Positions 9,782 to 20,886 of a stretch of 64,000 nt of DNA are shown one piece after another. Both the position numbers and the translations under genes were made by a program. The stretch comes from an uncultured Candidatus Saccharibacteria bacterium. GTDB taxonomy: Bacteria; Patescibacteriota; Minisyncoccia; Minisyncoccales; JANBVM01. The stretch is taken from positions 3,742 to 67,741 of the forward strand of contig CAZEQH010000002.1 of the NCBI GenBank assembly GCA_964514375.1. Direction: 5' to 3'. Position 1 is the stretch's first letter, and the number at the start of each line of letters is the position of its first letter. The notes beneath the pieces were generated by a model. That model was not told the DNA's origin and did not search any database. It worked only from the letters and a program-made list of their open reading frames with translations.

Positions 9782-10381
9782 TTACCATTTGAATAAAAAT
9801 TCATGATAGTCGTCTCCGTTAAAAACGCATTTTGTTTCCTCGCAGTTTACCCTTGATTTCACTACCATCTGCAGAACGCTGGTAAAATATCCTACCAAAT
9901 CCTGACAGTGAACTTTATGGATTTTGAAATTACTAAGCCTTAAAACTGCTCGCCTCTTTTGCTTGTCCGATTCCGTCACCTCTAAATCTCCTACGGTATA
10001 ATACTTCCTCCACATTTCAGGCACCACTTTCTCTACCCTGTCTAATGATACAAAGTGGCTTATAAAGAGCCGCATGATAAAAGATACCTTGGACTCAAAT
10101 TCCCCCATCTTTTCCATCATTTTTTCGTCGTACCCGAACATTCTTTTGGCGATGAGCTGGACGATTCCCACCAGGCCGATGGGATAGAATTCCATGGATT
10201 TCGCCTCCCTGAGCTTAAAGGGATAATCCAATCTTCTTAACTCCTCTTCTAATCTTTCCAGTCCCTTTTCTCCCTCCTGTTTAATTAGAAATTCAGCCTG
10301 GGTCTTGAAAGCGACCCCTCTGACTTTCCCCTTTATACGTATGAGTTCGTCAAATTCTTCTTTTGAAATTGGGCGGTCCAT
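9782..10381 (-). CDS. stand-alone H-NOX/V4R-like protein, paralog 3
   Basis: GKVRG, MEFYP, HKVHC..GY, CEETKCVFNGDDYHEF..W. Confidence 0.75.
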   Translation of the reverse strand: MDRPISKEEFDELIRIKGKVRGVAFKTQAEFLIKQEGEKGLERLEEELRRLDYPFKLREAKSMEFYPIGLVGIVQLIAKRMFGYDEKMMEKMGEFESKVSFIMRLFISHFVSLDRVEKVVPEMWRKYYTVGDLEVTESDKQKRRAVLRLSNFKIHKVHCQDLVGYFTSVLQMVVKSRVNCEETKCVFNGDDYHEFLFKW

Positions 10382-10389
10382 AAGATTGC

Positions 10390-10653
10390 TTAATCTTCCG
10401 CAGAATCCTCCTCGTCTGTATCTTCATAATCTTGGCCGAAGTCAGAATCTATTTCCTTCTTTACCTCTTCGAATTCGTTTTCTATCTCTTTTAACCTTTC
10501 CTTGCTTTCCTTTATCAGGGCGGAGGCCTCCTTGACCTTTTTCAGCCCTTCTTCAATATCTATATCTTCCTGCGCCTCGAACCATTCAGCAATTTGGGAA
10601 AGTTTTTCCAAATTACGGCTCAGGCCCTGTTTCTCTCCTTTTTTATTAGGCAT
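10390..10653 (-). CDS. xseB: exodeoxyribonuclease VII small subunit
   Basis: Coiled-coil pattern DIEEGLKKVKEA; directly downstream of xseA. Confidence 0.85.
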   Translation of the reverse strand: MPNKKGEKQGLSRNLEKLSQIAEWFEAQEDIDIEEGLKKVKEASALIKESKERLKEIENEFEEVKKEIDSDFGQDYEDTDEEDSAED

Positions 10654-10654
10654 G

Positions 10655-11911
10655 TTATTTCGTTTTTTTAATTTTTCTTATATTTGACTCCAAGGTTCCG
10701 TCTGAAACTTGAACCTCAACATCTTCTCCCATTTTAACATTCTTTACGCTTTTGATAATCTTTCCGTTCATTCTTGCTATACTGTAGCCGATTTTGAGCT
10801 GTCGGGCCGGGTCATTTGATAGTATCATCCTCGAAAGATTATCGATTTTTTCCCGGCCCTCTTCCAAATTGCGGGAGAAAAACTTGGTCAGGGAGACATG
10901 AAAGGAGGCAAATTTCTCTCTCTTAATCTTCAATTCCCTCTTTATCCTTGAAATAAATACCGGCAGCAGACTCTCTGTTTTGCGATAAACCATCAGTATG
11001 GAAAGAAAAGCATTTTTTATGCCGTAGACAGATTTGAGCAGCTGATTTTTAGCCTTAGAAAGAACGCCTGAATAAAGCTCTATAATGTTCCCTTTGTAAT
11101 TCTCTATTTCAAATTTCGCTCTTTTCCAAGGTTCTGCTATAAGATTAGCTGCCGCCGTGGGGGTGGAAACTGCCTCGTCGGCCGCCAATGCTATCAGAGG
11201 AACGTCCTTGTCGTGGCCGATAGCAGCGATGACGGGTGTAGGAAAGGCAACCACCTCCCTGACTAGTCTTTCATTATTAAAGGCCATCAGAGATTCCAAG
11301 GAACCCCCTCCCCTCATAATTACCAAAACATCGATGTCGTATTTCTTAAAAGAAGAGATGCAGGCAAGCAAATCCCTGACTGCCTGCTGACCTTCCACTC
11401 TGGCATCCATCAGCATTATCTTGAATCCAAACTGTCCCAGATTATTTGTGAAGTCGTGGATAACAGCCCCTGTCTTCGAAGTAATTACCCCTATCCTCTG
11501 GATGTACTCGGGGAGAGATCTTTTCCTCTCTTTTTTAAAGACTCCCTCTTCTTCCAGCTTTTTCTTGAGTTCCTCGTACGCTTTTTTCAGTGCGCCTTCG
11601 CCCACCAGCTCCACGGAAGCAGTCTGGAAACTTAATCTTCCGCTTTTGGCATAGATGGAAGGGTATCCTGAAATAATTACCTCCAGACCTTCCTTTAACT
11701 CGATACCGAAGAGATTATAAGTGGAGCGCCACATGAAGCAGTTGAGCACACCATCGTCTTTATTGTCTTTCAGGGTAAAGAAAAGGTAACCTGACCTTAG
11801 GTTGAATTCGGTTACTTCTCCGACGATTCTGGCCTGAAATTTCTGCAGGCCTGAATTAACCAAATCGATATATTCGGCTACTGAAAGGGGCTCCCGGGAA
11901 TTATCATTCAT
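10655..11911 (-). CDS. xseA: exodeoxyribonuclease VII large subunit
   Basis: N-terminal OB fold, GVITS.TGAV..D, RGGGS, IGHD.D, TPTAAA. Confidence 0.95.
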   Translation of the reverse strand: MNDNSREPLSVAEYIDLVNSGLQKFQARIVGEVTEFNLRSGYLFFTLKDNKDDGVLNCFMWRSTYNLFGIELKEGLEVIISGYPSIYAKSGRLSFQTASVELVGEGALKKAYEELKKKLEEEGVFKKERKRSLPEYIQRIGVITSKTGAVIHDFTNNLGQFGFKIMLMDARVEGQQAVRDLLACISSFKKYDIDVLVIMRGGGSLESLMAFNNERLVREVVAFPTPVIAAIGHDKDVPLIALAADEAVSTPTAAANLIAEPWKRAKFEIENYKGNIIELYSGVLSKAKNQLLKSVYGIKNAFLSILMVYRKTESLLPVFISRIKRELKIKREKFASFHVSLTKFFSRNLEEGREKIDNLSRMILSNDPARQLKIGYSIARMNGKIIKSVKNVKMGEDVEVQVSDGTLESNIRKIKKTK

Positions 11912-11912
11912 T

Positions 11913-13064
11913 TTAATTTTTGTCTAGTTTAATCATTATTTTTTCTTTTTCCGGTATTGATATCTTCATCCGGTTGACCATTCTTTTTAGGAAATTGATG
12001 GTTTTATCATAGGTTTCCCTGTCTACCGGATAAGGGGTTTCATCTTTTCCTCCGAGGGCAAAAGAATATCTGGCAGGGTCTTCATAGGAAGGTTCGGCTC
12101 CGTATATCACTTCCGATACCAAACTTAAAGCCCTGATGGTTTTGGGGCCGATGCCCCTCATGGCAAGAAGTTTTTCGTAGCTTTCAGGATTCTGCTGGCA
12201 GGCCTTCCATAGTATTCTCTGCAGATACTTACTCTTCGAGAAGTCTTCCAGCAGTACGGGATGCCAGAAAAATTCCTTTTTCTCCAAATTCAGCATGGTA
12301 AGCTGTCTGTTCTTGTGTTTTAGGCTCAGCATCTGGGATAAATCAGAAGAGTGTTTCCTCAAAAGACGAATGTCTTTCATAAGTGAGTTATAGTTTCCCT
12401 GAACCAGTTCCGTGCTTATCTTCTGATTTTCTTTACTCTGCCTGGCCGTAAGGTTTAATGTTGGTGCCGCTCCTTGTGAGGTAATTCCGGTGTGGGGTTC
12501 ACAGACCAGGTCACTTACTTTTTTAGAGTACCAGTGGTAGCGCCGGGCTGTCTGGTTGGCGGCATTCATTCCCTGTTGGATAACAGACCAGCTTCCGTTT
12601 CTTGAAAAGAAGAAGCTATGGTGATAAATTTGAAACCCATCCTGGACCAGGGCGCTGTCAACCTTAGCCGCCATTTTAGAATTGTAAACAAGATTATCAA
12701 CCTTTCCTTCGGGCAGGCTTAAAACTTGACCCCACTGTTCTATCTCTCCGGGGGTTTTTCGGGAAGTCTTACCCTTGCCTCCGCATATAAAGATACCTAA
12801 ATTCTTCTCTTTCCCTCTCACGGCTTCCTTTAAGGCTGCCGTAAGGATAGTAGTGAGCCCAGAAGCATTCCAGTCAAAAGCCAGCACGGTTCCCAGAGAT
12901 TGAAACCAAACCGGGTCGGCTATCCGGGCTACGAATTCATCTGCGCCGTACTCTTCCACTATCACCCTTATCATCTCTTGTCCCAGCCTTTTCATCCTGT
13001 TGAAAAGCCAGGCAGGGCACTTTCCGTAATCAAGGCCGAAGGTGGCTATCCCCCTGTGTATCAT
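11913..13064 (-). CDS. DUF763 family protein
   Basis: DPVWFQSLG, DWNASG.TT, AKVDSA.VQDG..YHH, QQGMN, GGKD..PYPVD. Confidence 0.85.
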   Translation of the reverse strand: MIHRGIATFGLDYGKCPAWLFNRMKRLGQEMIRVIVEEYGADEFVARIADPVWFQSLGTVLAFDWNASGLTTILTAALKEAVRGKEKNLGIFICGGKGKTSRKTPGEIEQWGQVLSLPEGKVDNLVYNSKMAAKVDSALVQDGFQIYHHSFFFSRNGSWSVIQQGMNAANQTARRYHWYSKKVSDLVCEPHTGITSQGAAPTLNLTARQSKENQKISTELVQGNYNSLMKDIRLLRKHSSDLSQMLSLKHKNRQLTMLNLEKKEFFWHPVLLEDFSKSKYLQRILWKACQQNPESYEKLLAMRGIGPKTIRALSLVSEVIYGAEPSYEDPARYSFALGGKDETPYPVDRETYDKTINFLKRMVNRMKISIPEKEKIMIKLDKN

Positions 13065-13136
13065 ATACTTGAATTATAGCAGATAAAAAACTGAGAAAAA
13101 ATCTCAGTTTCAGGGAGGATTTTATAAAAAATCAAA

Positions 13137-13577
13137 TTATTTCTGGACGTCCAGCAGCTCCACTTCAAAAATAAGGGTGGCATTGGGAGGAATGGGTCCT
13201 CCGGGCGTTCCCTGTTCTCCGTAAGCTAGTTGGGGCGGTATGGTGATCCTTCTCGTTTCCCCTACCTTCATACCCAGCAGTCCCTTATCCCATCCCTCTA
13301 TTACTTTGCCCTCGCCCAAGGTGAAGACAAAAGGAGTGCCTCTGTCCAGGCTGGAATCGAACTTGGTGCCGTCTTCAAGCCATCCGGTATAATCTACCGT
13401 TACCTGGTCTCCTGCGGCTGCAGCAGTTCCGGTTCCTTCGTTTATAATTTCGTTCTGTAAACTCTGCATATTTTCGTCAGCTCTCTTTTCTGGCCGGAGA
13501 CCCTGGAAGATAAGGTTCCCCACCAAGAAGAGAAGCAGTATAAAAATTAATATTATGAAGATATTTTTGGAACCCAT
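13137..13577 (-). CDS. FKBP-type peptidyl-prolyl isomerase with N-terminal membrane anchor
   Basis: YTGWL.DG.KFDSS, VI.GWD.G, IPP.LAYG, IPPNATL.FEVEL. Confidence 0.95.
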   Translation of the reverse strand: MGSKNIFIILIFILLLFLVGNLIFQGLRPEKRADENMQSLQNEIINEGTGTAAAAGDQVTVDYTGWLEDGTKFDSSLDRGTPFVFTLGEGKVIEGWDKGLLGMKVGETRRITIPPQLAYGEQGTPGGPIPPNATLIFEVELLDVQK

Positions 13578-13652
13578 AATATTCTTGAAATTATCTTTCT
13601 TTTACTTTACCAGGAAAATTTTTTTTGACAATTCGATTCGTTGAATTCCACA

Positions 13653-14252
13653 TTACTTATTCCCTTTCTCAAGATACAGCTGGTGGTATTCTTCGGCTCG
13701 ATAAAAGTCTGGGGCGGGTACTATCTCCGTTACTATGGGGTCCCTGAACCGGCCCGATTTCTCCAGTTCCTTTTTGGATTCTTCGGCCAGTCTCTTCTGT
13801 CCCTCGTTGTAGTAGAAAATGACCGAGCGGTACTGGCTGCCTACATCCGGACCCTGGCGGTTGGGCGTAGTGGGAATGTGGTTATTCCAGAAGACATCCA
13901 GTAGTTCACGGTAGGAAATGACCGTCGGGTCGAACCTGATGTGCACGGTTTCTGCATGCCCGGTATCACCGCCGCAAACCTGCTCGTAGCTGGGATTTTC
14001 CGGTCTGCCTCCCATATATCCCACCTCAGTAAATTCCACCCCCTTAACCTGTCTGAATGTTTCTTCCGCTCCCCAAAAACATCCCATGGCGAAGGCGGCC
14101 TCAGATAAATTCTTAGTATCTCTTTTTTGATTGTTCATATAATAAATGAAAGACAATCCTGCGATCAGAATTAAAAATATTAAGAGGATTATCTTTCTAT
14201 AATTGACTTTATGTTTTTCAGTCCCAGCTGATGACGAATTCATGACGATCAT
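13653..14252 (-). CDS. msrA: peptide methionine sulfoxide reductase MsrA (start uncertain)
   Basis: GCFWG, GHAE.V, QG.D.G.QYRS, FYRAEEYHQ. Confidence 0.93.
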   Translation of the reverse strand: MIVMNSSSAGTEKHKVNYRKIILLIFLILIAGLSFIYYMNNQKRDTKNLSEAAFAMGCFWGAEETFRQVKGVEFTEVGYMGGRPENPSYEQVCGGDTGHAETVHIRFDPTVISYRELLDVFWNNHIPTTPNRQGPDVGSQYRSVIFYYNEGQKRLAEESKKELEKSGRFRDPIVTEIVPAPDFYRAEEYHQLYLEKGNK

Positions 14253-14829
14253 CCCCTTTGAAGGTACATTTTATTTCTTTACATTCAACTTTCCTGGCTC
14301 CCATGGCAATCTTCACGAATCCGGAAAAAATACCTTCTATATAGGGACAGAAGACAGGGTCAACATCAAAACCTGTAAGGGTGGCGGTCAGGGTTTTCTT
14401 TTTTTCGTCTATCTTTTCAATATTCACCTTTCCTACGGTGACGAATTTATCCCAGAAGCTGGGCGCTTTATCAAAAAAAGTTTTCCTATCTATCAAGAAA
14501 GAACCTATAAAAAGCCTAAGTATGGCGGAAAACTTTGCCACGTTTCTACCCATATCTCTCATTTTATCATCAGACATATTCAGAGCCTTTTTGGCAGACA
14601 ACAGAAAGATAGCTCTAAGGCCGTTGGGATAAAACTCCATAGAGCTTATCTTTTCCAATTTCAAAGGGAAACCTAAGTCTTTCATTTCTTTTTCCATTTT
14701 TTCGATTCCTTCCCTTCCACTTTCTCTCATGATGAATTTGACGTCGGATTTCATTACTATTCCCCTTACCTTTCCCGGAGAATTTTCATATAATTTTTTG
14801 GCTTTTTCTTTTAAAATTATTTTTTCCAT
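14218..14829 (-). CDS. stand-alone H-NOX/V4R-like protein, paralog 4
   Basis: GKVRG, MEFYP, PVFC..EG, CKEIKC..GDDRHEF..W. Confidence 0.72.
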   Translation of the reverse strand: MEKIILKEKAKKLYENSPGKVRGIVMKSDVKFIMRESGREGIEKMEKEMKDLGFPLKLEKISSMEFYPNGLRAIFLLSAKKALNMSDDKMRDMGRNVAKFSAILRLFIGSFLIDRKTFFDKAPSFWDKFVTVGKVNIEKIDEKKKTLTATLTGFDVDPVFCPYIEGIFSGFVKIAMGARKVECKEIKCTFKGDDRHEFVISWD

Positions 14830-14836
14830 AATTTTG

Positions 14837-15436
14837 TTACCATTTAATTAAAAATCTGTGGCAGTCCCCTCCTTTATGGATGCAGGTTATTTCCTCACAC
14901 GTCCCCTCGGATTTGATTATCATCTGGAGAGAGCTGAGGAGATAGCCCTTTAATATTTCGCAGTGGAGAGGATAAAAATAATAGTCGTCCAGCCTGAGTA
15001 TTATTTTGTGCTCTTCCGGAAGATATTGTTCAACGTTCAGGTTTCCAATAGAAAGATGTTTTCTCCAGAGTTTGGGAAGCTCTTTGAGAACCCTGTCTAT
15101 AGAGAAGAAATACTTAATGGCTATTCTTATGATCAGCGAAACCTTGGTGTGAAATTTGCCCATTTCTTGAAATTTTTCATTATCATAATGAAAAAGTCTT
15201 TGAATGGCCACCATCATAACTGCCAAGGTACCCAGGGGATAGAATTCCATAGGCCTCATTTTCGAAAACTTAAGAGGACAGCCCGCCTCGGCCATTGTTT
15301 TTTCCAGGAGCTTCAATCCCTCCTCCCCTTCTTCTTTTACAATAAAATCTGCATAACTCTTCATTCCTACCGCGCGTATTTCTCCCTTAAAATTCATTAG
15401 TCCAGCGGCTTCTTCCTTTGAAATTACCGTATTCAT
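14837..15436 (-). CDS. stand-alone H-NOX/V4R-like protein, paralog 5
   Basis: GEIRA, MEFYP, PLHC..GY, CEEITC..GGDCHRF..W. Confidence 0.75.
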   Translation of the reverse strand: MNTVISKEEAAGLMNFKGEIRAVGMKSYADFIVKEEGEEGLKLLEKTMAEAGCPLKFSKMRPMEFYPLGTLAVMMVAIQRLFHYDNEKFQEMGKFHTKVSLIIRIAIKYFFSIDRVLKELPKLWRKHLSIGNLNVEQYLPEEHKIILRLDDYYFYPLHCEILKGYLLSSLQMIIKSEGTCEEITCIHKGGDCHRFLIKW

Positions 15437-15503
15437 AGATTTATATGGTTCACATTAGCAAAATCGTCCTGCTATGTTATTTTATCATAATGAATTTTAT
15501 TGA

Positions 15504-15528
15504 AAAAGGCGCCTCGAAGGCGCCTTTT
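15504..15528. terminator. intrinsic terminator-like hairpin
   Basis: AAAAGGCGCC-TCGAA-GGCGCCTTTT perfect inverted repeat just downstream of 15551..16060. Confidence 0.7.
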
Positions 15529-15550
15529 GGTTTATGTTAAGACAAATAGT

Positions 15551-16060
15551 TTAGGGTTGAAAAAGAGAATCCGGCCGAAGCACTACCTGATCTACCTGAG
15601 AAAATTGTCCTGCGGTCTTTGTAATCTCGCTGGAGAGAATACCTACCCGGCAGGAGCCTCCGGTAGTAAACCCCGGTACTTCCGTGAAAGTGAGCGTGAG
15701 AATTCCATTTTCCAGATTAGATGACAGCAGGGTGAAGCCTTCATGAGGAAATTCGGTTGAAAATCCTTCCCCCTTTTCCTCTTCTGTTAGATTGCCCGAA
15801 ATCAGCAACCTGATAGTATCATCAACGAGTTTATCGGATTCTATCGTTCTGAATACTGGTAATACTGCGTCGGAACTGCATCCTATTTCTCCTCCGTTCA
15901 ATTCCTTGTCTTCGTCTTCATTATAATAATAAAGCATTACCTTCTGGGTTTCTGAGGTAAAATTTAAAGGAATAAGTTGTGACCGATGACATTGGCAAAA
16001 AACAACCCCTGCTGCTGCGACCATAATGGCTGCGATTATTACGATATCTCGTTTTGGCAT
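15551..16060 (-). CDS. GerMN-domain secreted or membrane-anchored protein
   Basis: N-terminal hydrophobic helix; V.PV.R, GF.TEFP, GGSCRV..I..T..QF. Confidence 0.75.
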   Translation of the reverse strand: MPKRDIVIIAAIMVAAAGVVFCQCHRSQLIPLNFTSETQKVMLYYYNEDEDKELNGGEIGCSSDAVLPVFRTIESDKLVDDTIRLLISGNLTEEEKGEGFSTEFPHEGFTLLSSNLENGILTLTFTEVPGFTTGGSCRVGILSSEITKTAGQFSQVDQVVLRPDSLFQP

Positions 16061-16171
16061 AATATTTGGAAATTTTGTATTCCTCCGGATGACCTTTGTC
16101 TATTAATTCTAAACAAAAGACATTGATAAAATCAAGAAGACTTGAAAAGGAAAGTTAAAAAAGAAAATTTC

Positions 16172-16588
16172 TTATCCTTTGGTTTCCCTGGAAATTATTC
16201 CCCAATGGTAAAGATATAAGGGAAGGCCGACGGCCATTAAAGCCAGGTTGAGCGAGGCATCTCTTTGTCTTCTGCTTTCTAAATAATTTACCTTAGAGAC
16301 GCTGTCCTGCCAGGCTTGATAATCTGCCAGCCAATTTTGTATAAGCTGTTTTTCTTCGGAAGACAGCCCTTCTTCGTTCTGGAGCCCCTCAACCTTTTCG
16401 ATGGAATAAGGCATGGGAGGCTGTCCATAGGCAAGCCGCTGTTCTTCCTCCGCCTTCGTGAAAACAAAGGCCTTAAGTCCCATATTAATGAATCCCACTC
16501 CCCCGATGATAAGAAGCACCAGGCCCAGCAGGGCGAATATGTAGAGATAAATCGTACGCACTAGCGAGTGCTGTTTTTCTGTTGCCAT
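16172..16588 (-). CDS. membrane protein (DUF5671-like)
   Basis: RTIYLY..AL.GL and VGLPLYLYHW; two TM helices. Confidence 0.65.
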   Translation of the reverse strand: MATEKQHSLVRTIYLYIFALLGLVLLIIGGVGFINMGLKAFVFTKAEEEQRLAYGQPPMPYSIEKVEGLQNEEGLSSEEKQLIQNWLADYQAWQDSVSKVNYLESRRQRDASLNLALMAVGLPLYLYHWGIISRETKG

Positions 16589-16728
16589 AAGTTTGAATGG
16601 TTTATTTATTTGAAGTTAAGACCTTGGAAAGTATGTGTTTTGCATTATAACCTTTTCATTCATAAAAAGACAGCTTATTTAAAAAAATAGGGCGAGATTA
16701 TTCTCTACCCTTTGAGTTATTATGGAAA

Positions 16729-16854
16729 TTATTTTTTCTTATGGTTATTAAGAATTTTTCCAATTTCCTCAATCCCCTTTTTCATTTCTTCTTCTATTAT
16801 TTCATTCTTTTTCTTCGATTCTTTATCAATATCGAAATTTGAGAATAACTCCAT
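16729..16854 (-). CDS. small charged protein, 41 aa, absent from the ORF track
   Basis: Translated by hand: MELFSNFDIDKESKKKNEIIEEEMKKGIEEIGKILNNHKKK; consensus promoter directly upstream. Confidence 0.45.
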   Translation of the reverse strand: MELFSNFDIDKESKKKNEIIEEEMKKGIEEIGKILNNHKKK

Positions 16855-16864
16855 AATAATCATA

Positions 16865-16893
16865 ATTATAAATTACTTACCGATATTTGTCAA
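16865..16893 (-). promoter_or_regulatory. consensus sigma70 promoter
   Basis: TTGACA-17 nt-TATAAT on the minus strand. Confidence 0.65.
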
Positions 16894-16936
16894 TTAAAAC
16901 AACGGTAAGATTGCACCGATAACATAGGAATCTGAC

Positions 16937-18163
16937 TTATTCATATCTTAAGGCCTCTATAGGATTGAGAGCGGCAGCTCTTCTGGCTGGATAATATCCG
17001 AAGCCAATTCCCACCGCCGCCGAAACTCCAAAAGCCAGCACTATTGATAGGAAAGAAACATTGGTTTCTATTTGGGTGAATTTTGCTATCACGGAGGCGA
17101 TAGTCATTCCCAAGACTATGCCTATAATGCCTCCTATGACGGTAAGCATTACAGATTCTGCTAAAAACTGACGGCTGATATCTTCCTTTTTGGCGCCGAT
17201 AGCTTTGCGCAGCCCTATTTCACGCGTACGCTCGGTAACTGTAGTCAGCATCATGTTCATTATGCCTATGCCGCCGACTATGAGAGATATTCCGCCAACC
17301 GCTCCCAGAAAAACCGTAAAAGTATTAGTGACGGATGTTAAGGTGGCTAGGATGTCGGCCTGGTTCAATATTTGAAAGTCGGCCATCTCGGGGTCGGAGA
17401 TATTGTGGCTGGCCAGCAAGATTGCGGTAGTCTGTTCCTGAGCTGATGCCATGAGCTTCTCACTGCTTATTTGGATGTTGATTGAGCTCAGGTAATCGTC
17501 ACCTGACAAGAAGAGCTGGGCAGTGGAAATAGGAATAAATACGATATCGTCTTGGCTCATGAATCCCGTGGTTCCTTTGGACTTCGTAACACCTATAACG
17601 GTAAAGTCTATCTTATTTATTCTGATTTTTTGACCTACGGGGTTAATATTTTCACCGAATAAGTCGTCGCGGGCAGTGGGGCCCAGAACAGCCACCTTTG
17701 ACGAGGTTCTGACGTTCTGTTCTGAAAGGAAGGTACCTGTTTCCATTTCAAAATTCTTAATTTGGGCGTAGGAAAGAGTGGTGCCGACAACCGAAGTATT
17801 GGTATTGGTTCCTTTGGCGGTAATCTGGTATCTCCGGGAGATTTCAGGTGCAATTAATTCTGCCGAAGGAACGCTTTGGGCAATTTTGTCCGCATCGCCA
17901 AGAGTGAGGGTCTGGGCGGTGCCGAAGCCGCTGCTTACCTGTCTTCCCGTCCCGCTCATCTGAGCCCCGGGGTAAACGACCAGCAGGTTCGAGCCGATTG
18001 ATTGAATGCTTTGCTCAATCGAGAGTTGTGCTCCCTGGCCTATGGAAATCATGGCAATTACAGAGCCAATGCCAATTACAATGCCGAGGATGGTTAATCC
18101 AGACCTGGCCTTGTTCATGGTGAGCGCAAAGAATGTTTCCTGTAATAAATCGGAGATTTTCAT
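16937..18163 (-). CDS. MacB/FtsX-type ABC permease
   Basis: [54 protein letters not shown]. Confidence 0.92.
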   Translation of the reverse strand: MKISDLLQETFFALTMNKARSGLTILGIVIGIGSVIAMISIGQGAQLSIEQSIQSIGSNLLVVYPGAQMSGTGRQVSSGFGTAQTLTLGDADKIAQSVPSAELIAPEISRRYQITAKGTNTNTSVVGTTLSYAQIKNFEMETGTFLSEQNVRTSSKVAVLGPTARDDLFGENINPVGQKIRINKIDFTVIGVTKSKGTTGFMSQDDIVFIPISTAQLFLSGDDYLSSINIQISSEKLMASAQEQTTAILLASHNISDPEMADFQILNQADILATLTSVTNTFTVFLGAVGGISLIVGGIGIMNMMLTTVTERTREIGLRKAIGAKKEDISRQFLAESVMLTVIGGIIGIVLGMTIASVIAKFTQIETNVSFLSIVLAFGVSAAVGIGFGYYPARRAAALNPIEALRYE

Positions 18164-18873
18164 GCTTTTTCGTGGTTTGATAGGCGCTGATTATGGTTTA
18201 GGCCGTCTTCCACTATAGTGCCGTCAAGTATATTAATTATCCTATGGGCATGCTCTGCAATATAACGCTCATGGGTGATGAGTATAATGGTACGCCCTTG
18301 TTCTTCGTTAAGTTTCTGGAATGTTTTCAGAACGATTCTTCCCGTCTTGGAGTCTAAATTTCCGGTAGGTTCATCTGCCAGGATAAGAGAGGGATTGTTA
18401 ACCAGGGCTCGGGCTATGGCAACTCTCTGTCTCTCACCTCCCGAAAGCTGGTTGGATAAATGTTTAAACCTTTCTTCGTTGAGACCGGAACTTTTCAAGG
18501 CTTCCCTTACTCTCTTTTCTCTCTCTTCCTGTGGAATATCGGAATAGACGAGGGGTAGAGCGACGTTCCTCAAAACCGTAGTACGCGGAAGTAGATTAAA
18601 TGATTGGAAAACAAACCCGATTTTATGTTTTCTTGTCTCCGCTAATTCTTCATCCGATAATTCGGAAACGTCTTTTTTTTCCAGAAAATAATGGCCGGAA
18701 GTAGGCGTATCTAGGCACCCCAGTATATGCATGAGGGTTGATTTTCCCGAACCGGAAGGCCCCATGATGGCTACAAATTCCCCTCTTTCAATGTTAAAGG
18801 ACACGCCGCGAAGCGCCGTGGTCTCCATATCTCCGGTTTTATATGTTTTGGTTATCTCCTTAACTCTTATCAT
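18160..18873 (-). CDS. ABC ATP-binding protein (MacB/LolD-type)
   Basis: [34 protein letters not shown]; start taken at MIRVKE. Confidence 0.95.
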   Translation of the reverse strand: MIRVKEITKTYKTGDMETTALRGVSFNIERGEFVAIMGPSGSGKSTLMHILGCLDTPTSGHYFLEKKDVSELSDEELAETRKHKIGFVFQSFNLLPRTTVLRNVALPLVYSDIPQEEREKRVREALKSSGLNEERFKHLSNQLSGGERQRVAIARALVNNPSLILADEPTGNLDSKTGRIVLKTFQKLNEEQGRTIILITHERYIAEHAHRIINILDGTIVEDGLNHNQRLSNHEKA

Positions 18874-18880
18874 AGTTAAC

Positions 18881-20689
18881 TTATCTGGAAATCTGTCTGA
18901 TCGCTCGAAAGGAGTCTGTGCCGCCTGTGGGTACACTGCCGCCCACCCCGGCTCTAAATGTAGGGGTATTGCCTAAAGTGTTCGTGGAGCTATTGCCTGA
19001 GGAATTTATTGTTTGTGTAACAACCTTCTCCCCTTCTTGGAGGCCGCCGGTCACTTCAGTCATGGTGTCATTGGAAAGGCCGAGTTCAACGGGTTGAGGA
19101 GTGATAGTTCCGTCATTATTTATAACCTCCACGTAATTTAAGTTCCCCTGATATTTGATGGAGGAATTGGGCAGCGTCAGAACGTCTTGTTTCTGGTTTG
19201 TGATTATGGAGGCTGAAACGCTCATGCCGGGTTTTACCCGTTCATCCTGCGTATCAAACGAAATTTTCGCGTTATATGTTACTACTCCCTGGCTCTCCGT
19301 GCCTAATATATCAACTTCCGCTACCTCTCCCCTAATCATCAGGTTTTCAATAGCGTCAAAGGTTAAAGTGGCTTTTTGGCCCGTTTTAACATCTACTGCA
19401 TCTATTTCGTTGAGCGTTATTTCGGCTACTTTCTGCTGGGAAAGCAGGGTGGCTACCGCTGAATTTACGGATACGCTTTCACCTTTTTCGACGCTTAAGT
19501 CCGTAATTACGCCTTCAAAAGGAGCGCGCAGGTAATGGTCGGCCAGCGCTTGCTGGGCATCGGCTAAGGCATCTTCCTTTTGCTGGATACTGATATTCTG
19601 GGCCCTTATCGTAAGGCTGTCCGCGCCTTCTTTAAGCTTTTTAAGAGATAACTTCAGTTCTTCTATTGAGCGTTGGGCGCTGAGCAGACTGTCTTTACTG
19701 TTCTTTATGGAATCCTGAGAAGACATAATGGAAGAAAGGTCTCCGTTAACGGTTGAGGTATAGGATTTAAGGTTTGACTGGTAAGCGGTTACCTGGGGAT
19801 ATATGCGCAGGTCTTTTTGGGAACGGTAGTCTGTCCAATAATCCATTACATTAATTTCACTCTTTATAGTTTCTGAGATGGATTTGGCGGTTTCCAGAGT
19901 TTCATCCAGCAAATCATCAATGGTTTCCTGGCTGGAGTACCGACTGGAATTTTTGTAATCGGAAAAATTTTTATCGTATTTCTCCTTGGCATCAGCGTAA
20001 TTATCTTCGGCATTTTTGGTAAGCTTATCCAAACCGTGGCGCTCGTCAAAATCAGAAGGAGAAATAGAATTTTTGAGGGCTGCCGTATTCCAACTTTGGG
20101 AGAGAGCGGGCTCGGAATCCGATATTTCGGTGCCGTAAAGAATATCTCTGACTTCTGAGATTATATTGGGAAAGTCCAGAAAGGAATTTGCTATAGCAGT
20201 GAAGGCGTTTTCGTAAGCGCTGCCAATGTTATCTTCGGCTTTACGTTCCGTTTCCTGAGCCTGAGCCAGATTATTTTCCGCTTTCAGCAGGTCGAGCTCG
20301 TCAGGCGGCGCTATCAGTTCTTCCAATTCTAGTTTGGCGGTTTCGAGAGCGGTCTGGGCGTCGCGCACGGATTTTACAGCATCGGCAGTATCAATGGTTG
20401 CAATGACCGCATCTTTCTTGATTTCCTGTCCGTCTTCTGCACTGACAGAAGTTATATCTCCGGAAACCTTAGATTTAATATCTATTTGATTGGAAGCTGA
20501 TACCTGTCCGTTTCCGGAGATAGAGGTAATTAGAGCCCCCTTTCTTACCTCAGCGGTAAGGTAACTTACCGCTTCTCCATCCTTATTTACGGCTTTATAT
20601 ACGGAATATCCTCCCCCCACTACTACAAAAATCAGTAAGCCGATGCCTACTTTATTTTTCCTCACCCTCTCCCAAATTTTTATTTTCAT
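18881..20689 (-). CDS. periplasmic adaptor / membrane fusion protein (MacA/HlyD-like) with long coiled coil
   Basis: N-terminal [24 protein letters not shown]. Confidence 0.88.
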   Translation of the reverse strand: MKIKIWERVRKNKVGIGLLIFVVVGGGYSVYKAVNKDGEAVSYLTAEVRKGALITSISGNGQVSASNQIDIKSKVSGDITSVSAEDGQEIKKDAVIATIDTADAVKSVRDAQTALETAKLELEELIAPPDELDLLKAENNLAQAQETERKAEDNIGSAYENAFTAIANSFLDFPNIISEVRDILYGTEISDSEPALSQSWNTAALKNSISPSDFDERHGLDKLTKNAEDNYADAKEKYDKNFSDYKNSSRYSSQETIDDLLDETLETAKSISETIKSEINVMDYWTDYRSQKDLRIYPQVTAYQSNLKSYTSTVNGDLSSIMSSQDSIKNSKDSLLSAQRSIEELKLSLKKLKEGADSLTIRAQNISIQQKEDALADAQQALADHYLRAPFEGVITDLSVEKGESVSVNSAVATLLSQQKVAEITLNEIDAVDVKTGQKATLTFDAIENLMIRGEVAEVDILGTESQGVVTYNAKISFDTQDERVKPGMSVSASIITNQKQDVLTLPNSSIKYQGNLNYVEVINNDGTITPQPVELGLSNDTMTEVTGGLQEGEKVVTQTINSSGNSSTNTLGNTPTFRAGVGGSVPTGGTDSFRAIRQISR

Positions 20690-20886
20690 GAAATTATTTA
20701 TTTTTAGGGTTGGCAAGGAGGGCCGGAGACAGAGCTTTGGTTAATTATTTATGTTGCTGGTCCAACCCGTTATTTACCGGCCCTCTGTTATTAATACAAA
20801 AGATTACCAGGTTTATTTCAATAATTCAAATGAAAAAGCCATCAGCATGATGGTTGAATTATACCGCGCTATAGTGTTTCCTCTTT

